A stretch of 64,000 nt of DNA from Escherichia coli (GTDB taxonomy: Bacteria > Pseudomonadota > Gammaproteobacteria > Enterobacterales > Enterobacteriaceae). The position numbers and the translations under genes were made by a program. Location of the stretch: assembly GCF_003334305.1 (NCBI RefSeq), contig NZ_QOWS01000017.1, one strand, 5' to 3'. A model generated the notes under the pieces. That model was not told the origin of the DNA, did no database searches, and saw nothing but the letters and a program-made list of their open reading frames with translations. Positions 1 to 13,394 of the stretch are shown one piece after another; the stretch's first letter is position 1; each line of letters starts with the position of its first letter.

Positions 1-477
1 GACAGTTACGCAATCAGTGAAAAGAGTCACGGCAGAGAAGAAATCCGTCTTCATATTGTTTGCGATGTCCCTGATGAACTTATTGATTTCACGTTTGAAT
101 GGAAAGGTCTGAAGAAATTATGCGTGGCAGTCTCCTTTCGGTCAATAATAGCAGAACAAAAGAAAGAGCCCGAAATGACGGTCAGATATTATATCAGTTC
201 TGCTGATTTAACCGCAGAGAAGTTCGCCACAGCAATCCGAAACCACTGGCACGTGGAGAATAAGCTGCACTGGCGTCTGGACGTGGTAATGAATGAAGAC
301 GACTGCAAAATAAGAAGAGGAAACGCCGCAGAATTATTTTCAGGGATACGGCACATCGCTATTAATATTTTGACGAATGATAAGGTATTCAAGGCAGGGT
401 TAAGACGTAAGATGCGAAAAGCAGCTATGGACAGAAACTATCTGGCGTCAGTCCTTGCGGAGAGCGGGCTTTCGTAG
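1..477 (+). mobile_element. ISAs1-family / H-repeat-associated transposase, C-terminal part (open at window edge)
   Basis: Reading frame is open from base 1. C-terminal motif [30 protein letters not shown] is typical of ISAs1/H-rpt proteins. It lies where K-12 has the H-repeat pseudogene yafF next to yafV (recalled). Confidence 0.6.
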
Positions 478-518
478 TCTTACCCCGACTCTCCCCCAGC
501 CTTAAACACAACCCCCAC

Positions 519-1289
519 TCACCGCAACCTAAACTCATCCGCATCCTGCCATGCCGGAAACTTTTCTCTATATTCCCGCAATGCCACCATCGACAGCTCC
601 GCATCAATGCGCGTTGCCTGATGCGCGTCGGCAGTAGCGATAATCTCGCCCTGCGGGTTAATCACCCGGCTGTCACCGCGATAATGGCAGCCGTTGCCAT
701 CGCTGCCGACGCGATTGCATCCCGCCACATACGCCTGATTCTCAATCGCGCGGGCCGTCAGCAATGCCTGCCAGTGCAGAGAGCGCGGAGCAGGCCAGTT
801 GGCAACGTAGATGGCGAGGTCATAATCGTTGAGATTGCGCGACCACACCGGAAAACGTAAGTCGTAGCACACCAACGGCAAAATACGCCAGCCGCGCCAT
901 TCCACAATCACTCGCGCATTGCCCGCTTTATAATGTAGATGCTCATCTGCCATGCGGAACAGATGACGCTTATCATAAAAATGTACCGTGCCGCCCGGCT
1001 CAACCAGCAAAAAGCGGTTAACCGAACCAGACTCCGTTTGTAATGCAACACTGCCTGCAATCAGCGCATTGCACTGCTGCGCCTTAGCTGTCATCCAGTT
1101 CACTACGTCATCTTGTGCTAGCGACGAAGCTGCCGCTTCCATGGCAAAGCCGCTGGTAAACATCTCCGGTAGAACGATCACATCGCGCCCGGTAATACCT
1201 TCCAGTTGACGATCAAAATGACGCAGGTTGGCAGGGCCATCCATCCACACCAGTGGTTGCTGCAAAAGCGTAATCTTCAAACCAGGCAC
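519..1289 (-). CDS. yafV: C-N hydrolase / 2-oxoglutaramate amidase YafV
   Basis: ORF product (V)PGLKITLLQQPLVWMDGPANLRHFDRQLEG matches recalled YafV. It is 256 aa if the GTG at 1289 is the start. Confidence 0.85.
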   Translation of the reverse strand: MPGLKITLLQQPLVWMDGPANLRHFDRQLEGITGRDVIVLPEMFTSGFAMEAAASSLAQDDVVNWMTAKAQQCNALIAGSVALQTESGSVNRFLLVEPGGTVHFYDKRHLFRMADEHLHYKAGNARVIVEWRGWRILPLVCYDLRFPVWSRNLNDYDLAIYVANWPAPRSLHWQALLTARAIENQAYVAGCNRVGSDGNGCHYRGDSRVINPQGEIIATADAHQATRIDAELSMVALREYREKFPAWQDADEFRLR

Positions 1290-1442
1290 GGTGTACAACT
1301 CCTTTATGCGAAGGGTTTTATAACTTTAACACCTTATCAGGCAGTTGCCTTAGCGCAGAATAAATTGATAACAAATGCTGATATTGGAAATATCTGATTT
1401 GCAAATTATCGTGTTATCGCCAGGCTTTAGAAGGTTAATAAC

Positions 1443-1916
1443 ATGGGCAGGATAAGCTCGGGAGGAATGATGTTTAAGGCAATAACGACAGTCGCCGCTC
1501 TGGTCATCGCCACCAGTGCAATGGCGCAGGATGATTTAACCATTAGCAGCCTTGCAAAGGGCGAAACCACCAAAGCTGCATTTAATCAGATGGTACAAGG
1601 GCATAAGCTGCCTGCCTGGGTGATGAAAGGCGGTACTTATACTCCCGCACAAACCGTAACGTTGGGAGATGAGACGTATCAGGTGATGAGCGCGTGCAAA
1701 CCGCATGACTGTGGCTCGCAACGTATCGCTGTGATGTGGTCCGAGAAATCTAATCAGATGACGGGGCTGTTCTCGACTATTGATGAGAAAACGTCGCAAG
1801 AGAAACTCACCTGGCTGAATGTGAACGATGCGCTTTCGATTGATGGTAAAACGGTGTTGTTCGCGGCGTTGACCGGCAGCCTGGAAAACCATCCGGATGG
1901 CTTTAATTTTAAATAA
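1443..1916 (+). CDS. ivy: inhibitor of vertebrate C-type lysozyme
   Basis: 157 aa with a signal peptide ending SAMAQ and the CKPHDCG inhibitory loop. Expected neighbour of fadE. Confidence 0.9.
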   Translation: MGRISSGGMMFKAITTVAALVIATSAMAQDDLTISSLAKGETTKAAFNQMVQGHKLPAWVMKGGTYTPAQTVTLGDETYQVMSACKPHDCGSQRIAVMWSEKSNQMTGLFSTIDEKTSQEKLTWLNVNDALSIDGKTVLFAALTGSLENHPDGFNFK

Positions 1917-1931
1917 TTAGCGGATAAAGAA

Positions 1932-1951
1932 ACGGAGCCTTTCGGCTCCGT
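1932..1951. terminator. hairpin between convergent ivy and fadE
   Basis: acggagcc-tttc-ggctccgt, a perfect 8-bp stem located between two convergent stop codons. Confidence 0.5.
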
Positions 1952-1958
1952 TATTCAT

Positions 1959-4403
1959 TTACGCGGCTTCAACTTTCCGCACTTTCTCCGGCAACTTTAC
2001 CGGCTTCGTCGCCAGCTCTTCCGGATCAAAGTCATCAACGTTAATACTGCGCAGACGGCTTTCTTCAGCTTTCACCAGAATAGCGGCTTCATCTTTATCA
2101 ATCAGCCCCTTCGCCAGCGCGTTGTGCGCCAGTTCATCCAGACGGGTAAACGGCAGGTTTTTACCCAGCTCTTTACAGATCCGCTGATGAATTGGGTCGG
2201 CGGCAATCACATCCACCAGCGCCTCTTCCAGCAAGCCAACCGGATTATGCTCGCTCGGCGTCAGGTACTGACCGCGACCAATGCGGGAACGGGTGGCGTT
2301 CGGCACTTGTAAAATCTTCGCCACTTTATGATCCAGCTTGTCAGAAGGTGCCAGATAATGACGTCCGGTCGGGAAGATCACCACATTCAGCAGCCCGGCA
2401 ACCACGCGGTTCGGGAAGTTTTGCAGTAAATCATCCATCGCCTGTTCAGCCTGATACAGCGCATCTTGTACGCCCCAGTGCACCAGCGGCAGGTCGGCTT
2501 CATTACGGCCTTCGTCGTCATAACGCTTCAGCACGGCAGAGGCGAGGTAGAGCTGGCTTAAAATATCCCCCAGACGGGCCGAGATGCGCTCGCGACGTTT
2601 CAGGCTGCCGCCCAGCACTGCCATCGAGACATCAGAAAGCAGGGCGAGGTTGGCGCTCAGGCGGTTCAGGTGCTGATAGTAGCGTTTAGTGGCATCGCCG
2701 GTTGGCGTGCTGCTGGTTAAACCGCGCGTCAGGCCCAGCCAGAAGCTGCGAACTTTGTTGCTACCGACGTGACCGATATGTTTGAACAACAGTTTATCGA
2801 ACGCGTTGACGTCATTGTTCTTCGCCGCTTCCATCTCTTCCAGCACGTACGGATGGCAACGAATCGCTCCTTGTCCGAAGATCATCATGCTGCGGGTCAG
2901 AATGTTAGCCCCTTCAACGGTGATGGCAATCGGTGCGCCCTGGTAAGCACGCGCCAGGAAGTTGCTTTGCCCGAGCATAATGCCTTTGCCACCAGTGATA
3001 TCCATCGCATCAATAATCGACTGCTGCCCGCGGTGGGTACAGTGATACTTAACGATAGCCGACAGCACGGCAGGTTTTTCGCCGAGCATAATGCCGTAGG
3101 TAATCAGCGATGCCGCAGCATCCATCACGTAGGCATTACCGGCAATACGCGCCAGCGGCTCTTCAATCCCTTCCATCTTACCGATAGAGATTTTGAACTG
3201 ACGGCGAATGTGAGCATACGCGCCCGTTGCCAGCGCTACCGATTTCACGCCGCCGGTTGAGTTGGAAGGCAGGGTGATGCCGCGGCCTACCGAGAGGCAC
3301 TCCACCAGCATCCGCCAGCCTTGCCCGGCCATTTTCGGCCCCCCGATGATGTAATCGATCGGTACGAAGACATCTTTACCGCGCGTCGGTCCGTTCTGGA
3401 ACGGTACGTTCAGCGGGAAGTGGCGACGACCAATTTCCACGCCCGGCGTGGTGGTCGGGATCAGCGCACAGGTAATACCTAAATCTTCTGCGCCACCCAG
3501 CAGCTTTTCCGGGTCGGAGAGTTTAAACGCCAGCCCAAGCACAGTCGCAATCGGTGCCAGCGTAATATAGCGTTTGTTCCAGGTCAGACGCATCCCCAGC
3601 ACCTGCTGGCCCTGCCATTCGCCCATGCAGACAATCCCGGTGTCCGGAATCGCGCCCGCATCGGAACCCGCTTCCGGGCTTGTCAGTGCAAAGCAAGGGA
3701 TCTCCTGACCACGCGCCAGACGCGGCAGATAGTGATCTTTCTGCTCGTCAGTGCCGTAATGTTGCAGCAGCTCGCCCGGGCCTAATGAGTTCGGCACGCC
3801 GACGGTAATCGCCAGGATCCCGCTCACGCCGGAGAGTTTTTGCAGCACGCGAGACTGGGCATAAGCTGAGAACTCCAGTCCGCCGTACTCTTTTTTGATA
3901 ATCATCGCGAAGAAGCGATGCTCTTTAAGGTACGCCCACAACTCCGGCGGCAGATCCGCCAGCTCATGAGTAATCTGGAAATCATTCGCCATCCGGCAGG
4001 CTTCTTCTACCGGGCCGTCGAGAAACGCTTGCTCTTCGGCGGTCAGGCGCGGCTGCGGATAGTTATGCAGCTTTTTCCAGTCCGGCTTGCCCTGGAACAA
4101 GTCGCCCTCCCACCAGGTGGTGCCCGCATCAATCGCTTCTTTCTCAGTGCGCGACATCGGCGGCATCACCTTACGGAAACCGCGAAATACCGGCGCGGAA
4201 ATCATCGACTTACGCATAGGCGCAAAGTTAAATGGCACGAGGATAATGGCCAGAGGCACCAGTACCCACGCCGACCACAGACCAGCAACGCCGAGGGCGG
4301 CTGTCCAGGCGAGCAAAATCAGACTGCTGATAAATAAGCTCACGCGGTGATAGAACAACGCGCCGAGCAGGACAACCGTAGCGAGAATACTCAAAATCAT
4401 CAT
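1959..4403 (-). CDS. fadE: acyl-CoA dehydrogenase FadE
   Basis: The ORF is 840 codons. Recalled FadE is 814 aa starting [14 protein letters not shown], which places the start at 4403. N-terminal TM helices are followed by acyl-CoA dehydrogenase domains. Confidence 0.9.
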   Translation of the reverse strand: MMILSILATVVLLGALFYHRVSLFISSLILLAWTAALGVAGLWSAWVLVPLAIILVPFNFAPMRKSMISAPVFRGFRKVMPPMSRTEKEAIDAGTTWWEGDLFQGKPDWKKLHNYPQPRLTAEEQAFLDGPVEEACRMANDFQITHELADLPPELWAYLKEHRFFAMIIKKEYGGLEFSAYAQSRVLQKLSGVSGILAITVGVPNSLGPGELLQHYGTDEQKDHYLPRLARGQEIPCFALTSPEAGSDAGAIPDTGIVCMGEWQGQQVLGMRLTWNKRYITLAPIATVLGLAFKLSDPEKLLGGAEDLGITCALIPTTTPGVEIGRRHFPLNVPFQNGPTRGKDVFVPIDYIIGGPKMAGQGWRMLVECLSVGRGITLPSNSTGGVKSVALATGAYAHIRRQFKISIGKMEGIEEPLARIAGNAYVMDAAASLITYGIMLGEKPAVLSAIVKYHCTHRGQQSIIDAMDITGGKGIMLGQSNFLARAYQGAPIAITVEGANILTRSMMIFGQGAIRCHPYVLEEMEAAKNNDVNAFDKLLFKHIGHVGSNKVRSFWLGLTRGLTSSTPTGDATKRYYQHLNRLSANLALLSDVSMAVLGGSLKRRERISARLGDILSQLYLASAVLKRYDDEGRNEADLPLVHWGVQDALYQAEQAMDDLLQNFPNRVVAGLLNVVIFPTGRHYLAPSDKLDHKVAKILQVPNATRSRIGRGQYLTPSEHNPVGLLEEALVDVIAADPIHQRICKELGKNLPFTRLDELAHNALAKGLIDKDEAAILVKAEESRLRSINVDDFDPEELATKPVKLPEKVRKVEAA

Positions 4404-4642
4404 AACGAAAAGCCCCTTACTTGTAGGAGGTCTGACCACTTGTGATGATATGGTTGTAGTGGATGTAAAAACATTTAGCAATGTGTTTACAATATAATTA
4501 CAACAAAGCTCACATTGTTGCTGTTTTTATCCGCACTTCAGGTCAAAAAGTCCTGGTCATAGCACCTGCCCGTACTTCTCGCTTTTGGCGGTATCCGGTA
4601 CACTGCATTTTGTCTATTACATTTATGCTGAAGGATATCCTC

Positions 4643-5221
4643 ATGTACCAGGATCTTATTCGTAACGAACTGAACGAAGCGGCGGAAACGCTGGCTAACT
4701 TTTTAAAAGATGACGCCAATATTCACGCCATTCAGCGCGCGGCGGTCCTGTTAGCAGACAGCTTTAAAGCCGGTGGCAAAGTGCTTTCCTGCGGCAACGG
4801 CGGTTCCCATTGCGACGCTATGCACTTTGCCGAAGAGTTGACCGGTCGCTACCGTGAAAACCGTCCGGGCTACCCGGCGATTGCTATTTCTGACGTTAGT
4901 CATATTTCCTGCGTCGGTAATGATTTCGGTTTCAATGATATTTTCTCCCGCTACGTTGAAGCGGTAGGTCGCGAAGGCGATGTACTGCTGGGGATCTCCA
5001 CCTCCGGTAACTCTGCAAACGTGATCAAAGCGATCGCAGCGGCGCGTGAGAAGGGGATGAAAGTGATCACCCTGACCGGTAAAGACGGCGGTAAAATGGC
5101 TGGCACGGCGGATATCGAAATTCGCGTTCCGCACTTTGGTTATGCCGACCGCATTCAGGAGATTCACATTAAAGTGATCCATATCCTGATCCAGTTAATT
5201 GAAAAAGAGATGGTTAAGTAA
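4643..5221 (+). CDS. gmhA: sedoheptulose-7-phosphate isomerase (SIS domain)
   Basis: 192 aa from the internal [24 protein letters not shown]...[16 protein letters not shown] matches recalled GmhA/LpcA. Confidence 0.9.
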
Positions 5222-5223
5222 GT

Positions 5224-5365
<142 letters not shown>

Positions 5366-5426
5366 GAAAATTCTTAAATCAATCTTCGCCGGGGGCCATG
5401 CGCTCCCGCTGTTGTGGAGGTTACCC

Positions 5427-6194
5427 ATGTGCGAATTGCTCGGGATGAGCGCCAACGTCCCTACCGATATCTGCTTTAGTTTCACCGGACTTGTACAGCG
5501 TGGTGGTGGAACCGGGCCACATAAAGATGGCTGGGGCATTACCTTTTACGAAGGTAAAGGCTGTCGCACATTTAAAGATCCACAACCCAGCTTTAATTCC
5601 CCCATCGCCAAACTTGTCCAGGACTACCCGATAAAATCCTGTTCGGTGGTGGCTCATATTCGCCAGGCTAATCGGGGCGAGGTGGCGCTGGAAAATACTC
5701 ACCCATTTACCCGCGAGTTATGGGGGCGTAACTGGACTTATGCCCATAACGGACAACTGACGGGCTACAAATCACTGGAAACCGGCAACTTCCGCCCGGT
5801 CGGTGAAACCGATAGCGAAAAAGCCTTCTGCTGGCTCCTGCATAAATTAACGCAGCGTTACCCGCGCACACCGGGCAACATGGCGGCAGTGTTTAAATAT
5901 ATCGCCTCACTGGCGGATGAACTGCGGCAGAAGGGCGTTTTCAACATGCTGCTTTCTGACGGGCGCTATGTGATGGCGTATTGCTCGACTAATTTACACT
6001 GGATCACCCGCCGCGCGCCGTTTGGCGTGGCAACGCTGCTGGATCAGGATGTGGAAATCGACTTCAGCTCGCAGACCACACCGAATGATGTGGTCACGGT
6101 GATTGCAACACAGCCGCTGACGGGCAATGAAACCTGGCAAAAGATTATGCCAGGCGAATGGCGCTTATTTTGCCTCGGGGAGCGTGTAGTTTGA
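5427..6194 (+). CDS. yafJ: class-II (N-terminal Cys) glutamine amidotransferase-like protein YafJ
   Basis: [20 protein letters not shown]-terminus, 255 aa, expected position. Confidence 0.85.
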   Translation: MCELLGMSANVPTDICFSFTGLVQRGGGTGPHKDGWGITFYEGKGCRTFKDPQPSFNSPIAKLVQDYPIKSCSVVAHIRQANRGEVALENTHPFTRELWGRNWTYAHNGQLTGYKSLETGNFRPVGETDSEKAFCWLLHKLTQRYPRTPGNMAAVFKYIASLADELRQKGVFNMLLSDGRYVMAYCSTNLHWITRRAPFGVATLLDQDVEIDFSSQTTPNDVVTVIATQPLTGNETWQKIMPGEWRLFCLGERVV

Positions 6195-6905
6195 TGCCAG
6201 TTGTGGCTGCACAACTTCGTGGCTTAACGGCTTGCTGACCACGTAACGACCATTGACCACAGAAACGGTCGGTGGCTTACGGGTTTGCTCAAAGTAGTCG
6301 TAACCCGGCTTCAGTTGCTCCCAGAAGTCCTTAAAGTTGGAATATTTATGGCGCTTCATATTGGCGTCGGTCATGCGGAACGGGTAAATACTCACTTGCA
6401 CGCTCGGCTGACCAAACACCAGCGCACCAGTAACGAACTGGAAGATCTCATCAATACCCTGATTGGTCATTGCGTAGCAGCCGATGGAAACACAATCGCC
6501 GTGGATCATCAGGTATTTCCCTTCATAACCATGCGCACGGTCATAGGCATTGGGGAAACCAATATTAATCGCTTTGTAGTAACGGCTGTCTGGTTTTAAC
6601 TGATTACGCTGGACGCTATAAAACCCTTCCGGGCTTTTGAAATCGCCCTGACGCTGTTTTGGCCCTAAGCCGCCGGAATATTTACAGATTTTATAACTGT
6701 CGAGCAGCTGATATTGCTCGCCCATTTTGACGTAGAGATCGAGCGTACGTTCTTCCTTGAAGATCTGGATGTAGACAGGGGATCCCATCAACTGCTGCTT
6801 ATACTCTTTGCTCACTGGCGTGGTCGAGCTACTGCTGCCCAGCAAACCGGCAAACGAAACGCACGGGATCAACAACATCGCAAGAATTAATGCGATTTTA
6901 CGCAT
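6165..6905 (-). CDS. yafK: YkuD-fold L,D-transpeptidase-like periplasmic protein YafK
   Basis: Signal peptide plus the active-site-like motif [13 protein letters not shown]. 246 aa. Confidence 0.85.
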   Translation of the reverse strand: MRKIALILAMLLIPCVSFAGLLGSSSSTTPVSKEYKQQLMGSPVYIQIFKEERTLDLYVKMGEQYQLLDSYKICKYSGGLGPKQRQGDFKSPEGFYSVQRNQLKPDSRYYKAINIGFPNAYDRAHGYEGKYLMIHGDCVSIGCYAMTNQGIDEIFQFVTGALVFGQPSVQVSIYPFRMTDANMKRHKYSNFKDFWEQLKPGYDYFEQTRKPPTVSVVNGRYVVSKPLSHEVVQPQLASNYTLPEAK

Positions 6906-7060
6906 ACTGCTTATTCCTTGATAAAACGGTTACACACGCCAGGACGGCAAAATAGATCCCAAATCGGAATAGTCTGGATTTGGAAGGCTCACATTATCAC
7001 CAAAAGAGTTTTACGCAAGCCTGTCGGCGCAGGGTTTACAAATTTCATCGGCAGCGTGCT

Positions 7061-7339
7061 TTACCCAAAGAGCGCCGCGTGAGTTCCAGTTCTCTCAAAT
7101 CGTAAAAGTTTATCGGTAAGTTTGTAAATCAGGATCCAGTCCGGTTCGACATGAGCATCGCGATAACCTTTCCATGAACCTTGCAGCGGGTGGTCTTTAT
7201 AAACAGCTGGAAGCGGTAAAGTATTATTGATAAGAAGCGTCATAAGATATTTCAATTTATTCATATCCTTATGACGCTTTTGTGCAAGTTTTACATCCTT
7301 TGAAAATTGTCCCGAGTATTCAATATCCCTTTGAATCAT
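7061..7339 (-). CDS. yafQ: YafQ ribosome-dependent mRNA interferase toxin
   Basis: 92 aa RelE/ParE-like product, 3 nt downstream of dinJ. Sequence MIQRDIEYSGQFSKDVKLAQKRHKD is recalled. Confidence 0.9.
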   Translation of the reverse strand: MIQRDIEYSGQFSKDVKLAQKRHKDMNKLKYLMTLLINNTLPLPAVYKDHPLQGSWKGYRDAHVEPDWILIYKLTDKLLRFERTGTHAALFG

Positions 7340-7341
7340 AT

Positions 7342-7602
7342 TTAAATTCCTAATTTATCAAATAAATCATCGGCGTCTTTGGCCTTATGAACATCAACGC
7401 CAGCTTCGCTGTTTTTGATTGATTGAATGGTTAATTGATTAGGCTCGCGTAAATCAAACGGCAATGCCTTTTCACGCGCGACCTTTGTGAGGGTTATGCG
7501 AACCAGGTCAGAGATGGTCAGCCCCATCCCGGCCAGTACGTCCGCCGCCTGATTCTTCAGATCTTCATCGATTCGGGCGCGAACAAATGCGTTAGCAGCC
7601 AT
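7342..7602 (-). CDS. dinJ: DinJ antitoxin (RHH)
   Basis: 86 aa, MAANAFVRARIDEDLKNQAADVLAGMGLTISD. Sits upstream of yafQ. Confidence 0.9.
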   Translation of the reverse strand: MAANAFVRARIDEDLKNQAADVLAGMGLTISDLVRITLTKVAREKALPFDLREPNQLTIQSIKNSEAGVDVHKAKDADDLFDKLGI

Positions 7603-7618
7603 TGGGGTATCTCCTGTG

Positions 7619-7634
7619 CTGTATATTTATTCAG
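7619..7634. promoter_or_regulatory. LexA box upstream of dinJ-yafQ
   Basis: CTGTATATTTATTCAG fits CTGT-N8-ACAG and lies 17 nt upstream of the dinJ start. Confidence 0.6.
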
Positions 7635-7811
7635 CTTGAATTGTAGCTCAAATGAGCAACAGCGACAATCCATGAGTAATTTAATAAACGGATGTTTTTA
7701 CATAATTAACTGAAATATATTTATTAATTTTATAATAATGGTTTATTAAGTTTGTTCAGGTACGGGCCGGGATACACTGCAACATCAATGCATGATCAGC
7801 CATTATTGAGT

Positions 7812-8561
7812 ATGTCCTTGCCGTCGATTCCCTCTTTTGTGTTGTCGGGATTACTGTTGCTTTGCTTGCCGTTTTCTTCATTTGCCAGCGCCACCACATC
7901 ACATATCACTTTCAGCTACGCCGCCCGCCAGCGGATGCAAAATCGTGCGCGTTTATTAAAACAGTACCAAACCCATCTGAAAAAACAGGCCAGCTATATT
8001 GTGGAAGGCAATGCCGAAAGCAGAAGGGCGCTACGCCAGCACAACCGCGAACAGATAAAACAGCATCCAGAATGGTTTCCTGCGCCGCTCAAGGCGAGTG
8101 ACAGACGCTGGCAGGCGCTGGCGGAAAACAACCATTTCTTAAGCAGCGACCATCTGCATAACATCACCGAAGTAGCGATTCACCGTCTGGAGCAACAGCT
8201 TGGCAAGCCTTACGTCTGGGGCGGTACGCGGCCCGATCAAGGCTTCGACTGTAGCGGGTTAGTTTTTTATGCCTACAACAAGATCCTTGAGGCGAAACTC
8301 CCACGCACGGCTAATGAGATGTATCACTATCGCCGGGCAACCATTGTGGCGAATAACGACCTGCGCCGGGGAGATTTGCTATTTTTCCATATCCACAGCC
8401 GCGAGATTGCCGACCATATGGGGGTGTATCTGGGCGACGGTCAGTTTATTGAGTCACCGCGCACCGGGGAAACCATTCGGGTAAGTCGGTTAGCTGAACC
8501 TTTCTGGCAGGATCACTTTTTAGGCGCGCGGCGGATTTTGACGGAGGAGACGATTTTGTAA
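7812..8561 (+). CDS. yafL: NlpC/P60-family lipoprotein YafL
   Basis: Signal/lipobox-like N-terminus. Catalytic Cys motif GFDCSGLVFYAY and His motif ADHMGVYLGDG. 249 aa from the internal ATG. Confidence 0.8.
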   Translation: MSLPSIPSFVLSGLLLLCLPFSSFASATTSHITFSYAARQRMQNRARLLKQYQTHLKKQASYIVEGNAESRRALRQHNREQIKQHPEWFPAPLKASDRRWQALAENNHFLSSDHLHNITEVAIHRLEQQLGKPYVWGGTRPDQGFDCSGLVFYAYNKILEAKLPRTANEMYHYRRATIVANNDLRRGDLLFFHIHSREIADHMGVYLGDGQFIESPRTGETIRVSRLAEPFWQDHFLGARRILTEETIL

Positions 8562-8617
8562 ATGGGTAATATTGACGAACTGACAAAAGGTCGGATGCCA
8601 CGCGGCATCCGACCTGT

Positions 8618-8974
8618 TTACATCTGGGCTGAAAACTCACGTTCTAAGACATCAACAATGAGCTGGTTTTTTGAAATGGAATGTTGTCTGGCGACGATGG
8701 TCAGCCGCGAATCAATGTGATGAGGAACACGAAGCGTCAGGCGTTTTTGCTCTTCTTCTTCACGAAAAGGGGCAATACCGTCCTCTTCACAATCCGCCAT
8801 CCACTCATCCAGCGCGCTTTCGCCTTCACGATATAATGCCTCAATACTTGTGGCTACAAAGTCACAATAACCGTTTACATTGAGGAACTTGCCGCGAAAT
8901 GCGTTGATATCGGCTTCAAATGTTACTGCGGCTGGTTGACCTTTAATTGTGATAATGTTCGATGCTTTATTCAT
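8618..8974 (-). CDS. HicB-family antitoxin (HicB fold plus C-terminal RHH)
   Basis: The N-terminal half resembles HicB (FEADINAFRGKFLNVNGYCDFVATSIEALYREGESALDEWM). The C-terminal LTLRVPHHIDSRLTIVARQHSISKNQLIVDVL is RHH-like. Overlaps the upstream toxin ORF by 8 nt. Confidence 0.6.
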   Translation of the reverse strand: MNKASNIITIKGQPAAVTFEADINAFRGKFLNVNGYCDFVATSIEALYREGESALDEWMADCEEDGIAPFREEEEQKRLTLRVPHHIDSRLTIVARQHSISKNQLIVDVLEREFSAQM

Positions 8975-9266
8975 AATCTACCCCTACACAGTTAACAAAC
9001 CACTCCTTAAGACCTGCTACTGCGCCTTTATCCATCACATTCTTTGGATGTGGCTCATGTGTGCTGAATTTGGTCGTTCCAATCTGAAATTTTCGTCTGG
9101 AGCCGTTGTTATTTTTTATTGTTCCACCCACAGCTTTAATGAGTGCAACAACATCATCCCATTTAATTCCAGATTTTGGCGGCTCCGTCATTACATCGTC
9201 GAATGTTTTTCTATGACGAGAACCTAGCGCGCTGACCTTAATCATACTATCAATCCATGACGTCAT
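8967..9266 (-). CDS. HicA-family toxin-like protein
   Basis: IKWDDVVALIKAVGG...GSRRKFQIGTTKFSTHEPHPKNVMDKGAVAGLKEWF fits the HicA/YcfA pattern (GSH-like, PHP...). Toxin-first order is typical of hicAB. The exact start is uncertain. Confidence 0.5.
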   Translation of the reverse strand: MTSWIDSMIKVSALGSRHRKTFDDVMTEPPKSGIKWDDVVALIKAVGGTIKNNNGSRRKFQIGTTKFSTHEPHPKNVMDKGAVAGLKEWFVNCVGVDYE

Positions 9267-9349
9267 TGTATGGTGTCATCGTAGTCTCTTTGCAGTGTGA
9301 CGTCAATTAATGGTGTCAGGTGCTGCAAAGCATGGAAAAGAATCCCCCA

Positions 9350-11089
<1,740 letters not shown>

Positions 11090-11819
11090 TATCGCCGCGC
11101 TGCACGGGCAGTCGATTTTTAACGGTGGTGGGCTGTCGCCGTTAAATAAAATCAGCCCGTCTCATCCGCCAAAACCTGCCACCGTGGCGGTGCCGGAAGA
11201 GACGGAGAAAAAAGCGCGTGACGTCAATGAGAAAACGGTGCTGCTGAAGAAGAAATCCGCCACCGAGCTTGGCGAGCTGGCAACCAGTATCAACACCATT
11301 GCCCGTGATGCGCATATGGAAGCGAATCTGGAGATGGAGATTGTCCCGCAGGGATTACGCGTGCTGATTAAAGACGACCAGAATCGCAATATGTTCGAAC
11401 GCGGCAGCGCGCAGATTATGCCGTTCTTTAAAAGGCTGCTGGTGGAGCTCGCGCCAGTTTTCGACTCGCTCGATAACAAAATTATTATTACCGGGCATAC
11501 CGATGCGATGGCCTACAAAAACAATATCTACAACAACTGGAACCTTTCGGGCGATCGCGCGCTTTCAGCTCGTCGGGTGCTGGAAGAGGCCGGAATGCCG
11601 GAAGATAAAGTGATGCAGGTAAGCGCAATGGCGGACCAGATGCTGCTGGATTCCAAAAATCCGCAAAGCGCGGGCAACCGGCGCATTGAGATTATGGTGC
11701 TGACCAAAAGTGCGTCCGATACGCTGTATCAATACTTTGGTCAGCATGGGGATAAAGTGGTGCAGCCGCTGGTGCAAAAGCTGGATAAGCAGCAGGTGCT
11801 TTCGCAGCGAACGCGTTAA
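11090..11819 (+). pseudogene. lafU: MotB-like C-terminal fragment, Flag-2 remnant (lafU/mbhA)
   Basis: OmpA/MotB C-terminal domain (IIITGHTDAMAYKNN...NWNLSGDRALSARRVLEE...NRRIEIMVL) with no N-terminal TM segment. The upstream part of the track ORF is antisense to lfhA. Confidence 0.7.
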
Positions 11820-11857
11820 ATGCTGAATCTTTACGCATTTCTCAAACCCTGAAATCA

Positions 11858-11873
11858 CTGTATACTTTACCAG
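11858..11873. promoter_or_regulatory. LexA box of dinB
   Basis: CTGTATACTTTACCAG lies 17 nt upstream of the dinB ATG. Confidence 0.7.
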
Positions 11874-11889
11874 TGTTGAGAGGTGAGTA

Positions 11890-12945
11890 ATGCGTAAAAT
11901 CATTCATGTGGATATGGACTGCTTTTTCGCAGCGGTGGAGATGCGCGACAATCCCGCCCTGCGCGATATCCCTATTGCTATTGGCGGCAGCCGCGAACGT
12001 CGGGGGGTGATCAGCACCGCCAATTATCCCGCGCGTAAATTTGGCGTACGTAGCGCTATGCCGACAGGGATGGCGCTCAAATTATGCCCGCATCTCACCT
12101 TGCTTCCGGGGCGCTTTGACGCCTACAAAGAAGCCTCAAATCATATCCGTGAAATCTTCTCGCGCTACACCTCGCGTATTGAACCGTTGTCACTGGATGA
12201 GGCTTATCTCGACGTCACCGATAGCGTCCATTGCCACGGTTCTGCGACCCTCATCGCCCAGGAAATCCGCCAGACGATTTTCAGCGAGCTGCAACTGACG
12301 GCGTCTGCGGGCGTGGCACCAGTAAAGTTTCTCGCCAAAATCGCCTCCGACATGAATAAACCCAACGGTCAGTTTGTGATTACGCCGGCAGAAGTTCCGG
12401 CATTTTTACAAACCTTACCGCTGGCAAAAATCCCCGGCGTCGGCAAAGTCTCGGCGGCAAAACTGGAAGCGATGGGGCTGCGGACCTGCGGTGATGTACA
12501 AAAGTGTGATCTGGTGATGCTGCTTAAACGCTTTGGCAAATTTGGCCGCATTTTGTGGGAGCGTAGTCAGGGGATTGACGAGCGCGACGTTAACAGCGAA
12601 CGGTTGCGAAAATCCGTCGGCGTGGAACGCACGATGGCGGAAGATATCCACCACTGGTCTGAATGTGAAGCGATTATCGAGCGGCTGTATCCGGAACTTG
12701 AACGCCGTCTGGCAAAGGTAAAACCTGATTTACTGATTGCCCGCCAGGGGGTGAAATTAAAGTTCGACGATTTTCAGCAAACCACTCAGGAGCACGTCTG
12801 GCCGCGGCTGAATAAAGCTGACTTAATCGCCACCGCGCGTAAAACCTGGGATGAACGCCGCGGCGGGCGCGGTGTGCGACTGGTGGGGCTGCATGTGACG
12901 TTGCTTGACCCGCAAATGGAAAGACAACTGGTGCTGGGATTATGA
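11890..12945 (+). CDS. dinB: DNA polymerase IV
   Basis: 351 aa, [34 protein letters not shown]-family polymerase. Confidence 0.95.
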   Translation: MRKIIHVDMDCFFAAVEMRDNPALRDIPIAIGGSRERRGVISTANYPARKFGVRSAMPTGMALKLCPHLTLLPGRFDAYKEASNHIREIFSRYTSRIEPLSLDEAYLDVTDSVHCHGSATLIAQEIRQTIFSELQLTASAGVAPVKFLAKIASDMNKPNGQFVITPAEVPAFLQTLPLAKIPGVGKVSAAKLEAMGLRTCGDVQKCDLVMLLKRFGKFGRILWERSQGIDERDVNSERLRKSVGVERTMAEDIHHWSECEAIIERLYPELERRLAKVKPDLLIARQGVKLKFDDFQQTTQEHVWPRLNKADLIATARKTWDERRGGRGVRLVGLHVTLLDPQMERQLVLGL

Positions 12946-13394
12946 ATAACATACAAATAAGAGACTATCAGCCTGGCGATTTTCAGCAACTATGCGCTAT
13001 TTTCATTAGAGCGGTTACGATGACTGCCAGTCAGCATTATTCACCACAACAAATTGCCGCCTGGGCGCAGATTGACGAATCTCGCTGGAAGGAGAAACTC
13101 GCGAAATCACAAGTGCGGGTTGCAGTCATTAATGCAAAACTGGTCGGCTTTATTACCTGCGTTGAACACTATATCGATATGTTATTTGTTGACCCTGAAT
13201 ACACCCGCCGTGGGGTTGCCAGCGCTTTGTTAAAACCTTTGATTAAGTCTGAATCCGAACTTACGGTGGACGCAAGCATAACCGCAAAACCCTTTTTTGA
13301 ACGTTATGGTTTTCAGACAGTTAAGCAGCAACGCGTTGAATGTCGGGGAGAGTGGTTTATTAATTTTTATATGCGTTATAAACAGCAACATTAA
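12942..13394 (+). CDS. yafP: GNAT-family acetyltransferase YafP
   Basis: 150 aa, [21 protein letters not shown]. The start overlaps the dinB stop (ATGA). Confidence 0.8.
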   Translation: MNNIQIRDYQPGDFQQLCAIFIRAVTMTASQHYSPQQIAAWAQIDESRWKEKLAKSQVRVAVINAKLVGFITCVEHYIDMLFVDPEYTRRGVASALLKPLIKSESELTVDASITAKPFFERYGFQTVKQQRVECRGEWFINFYMRYKQQH

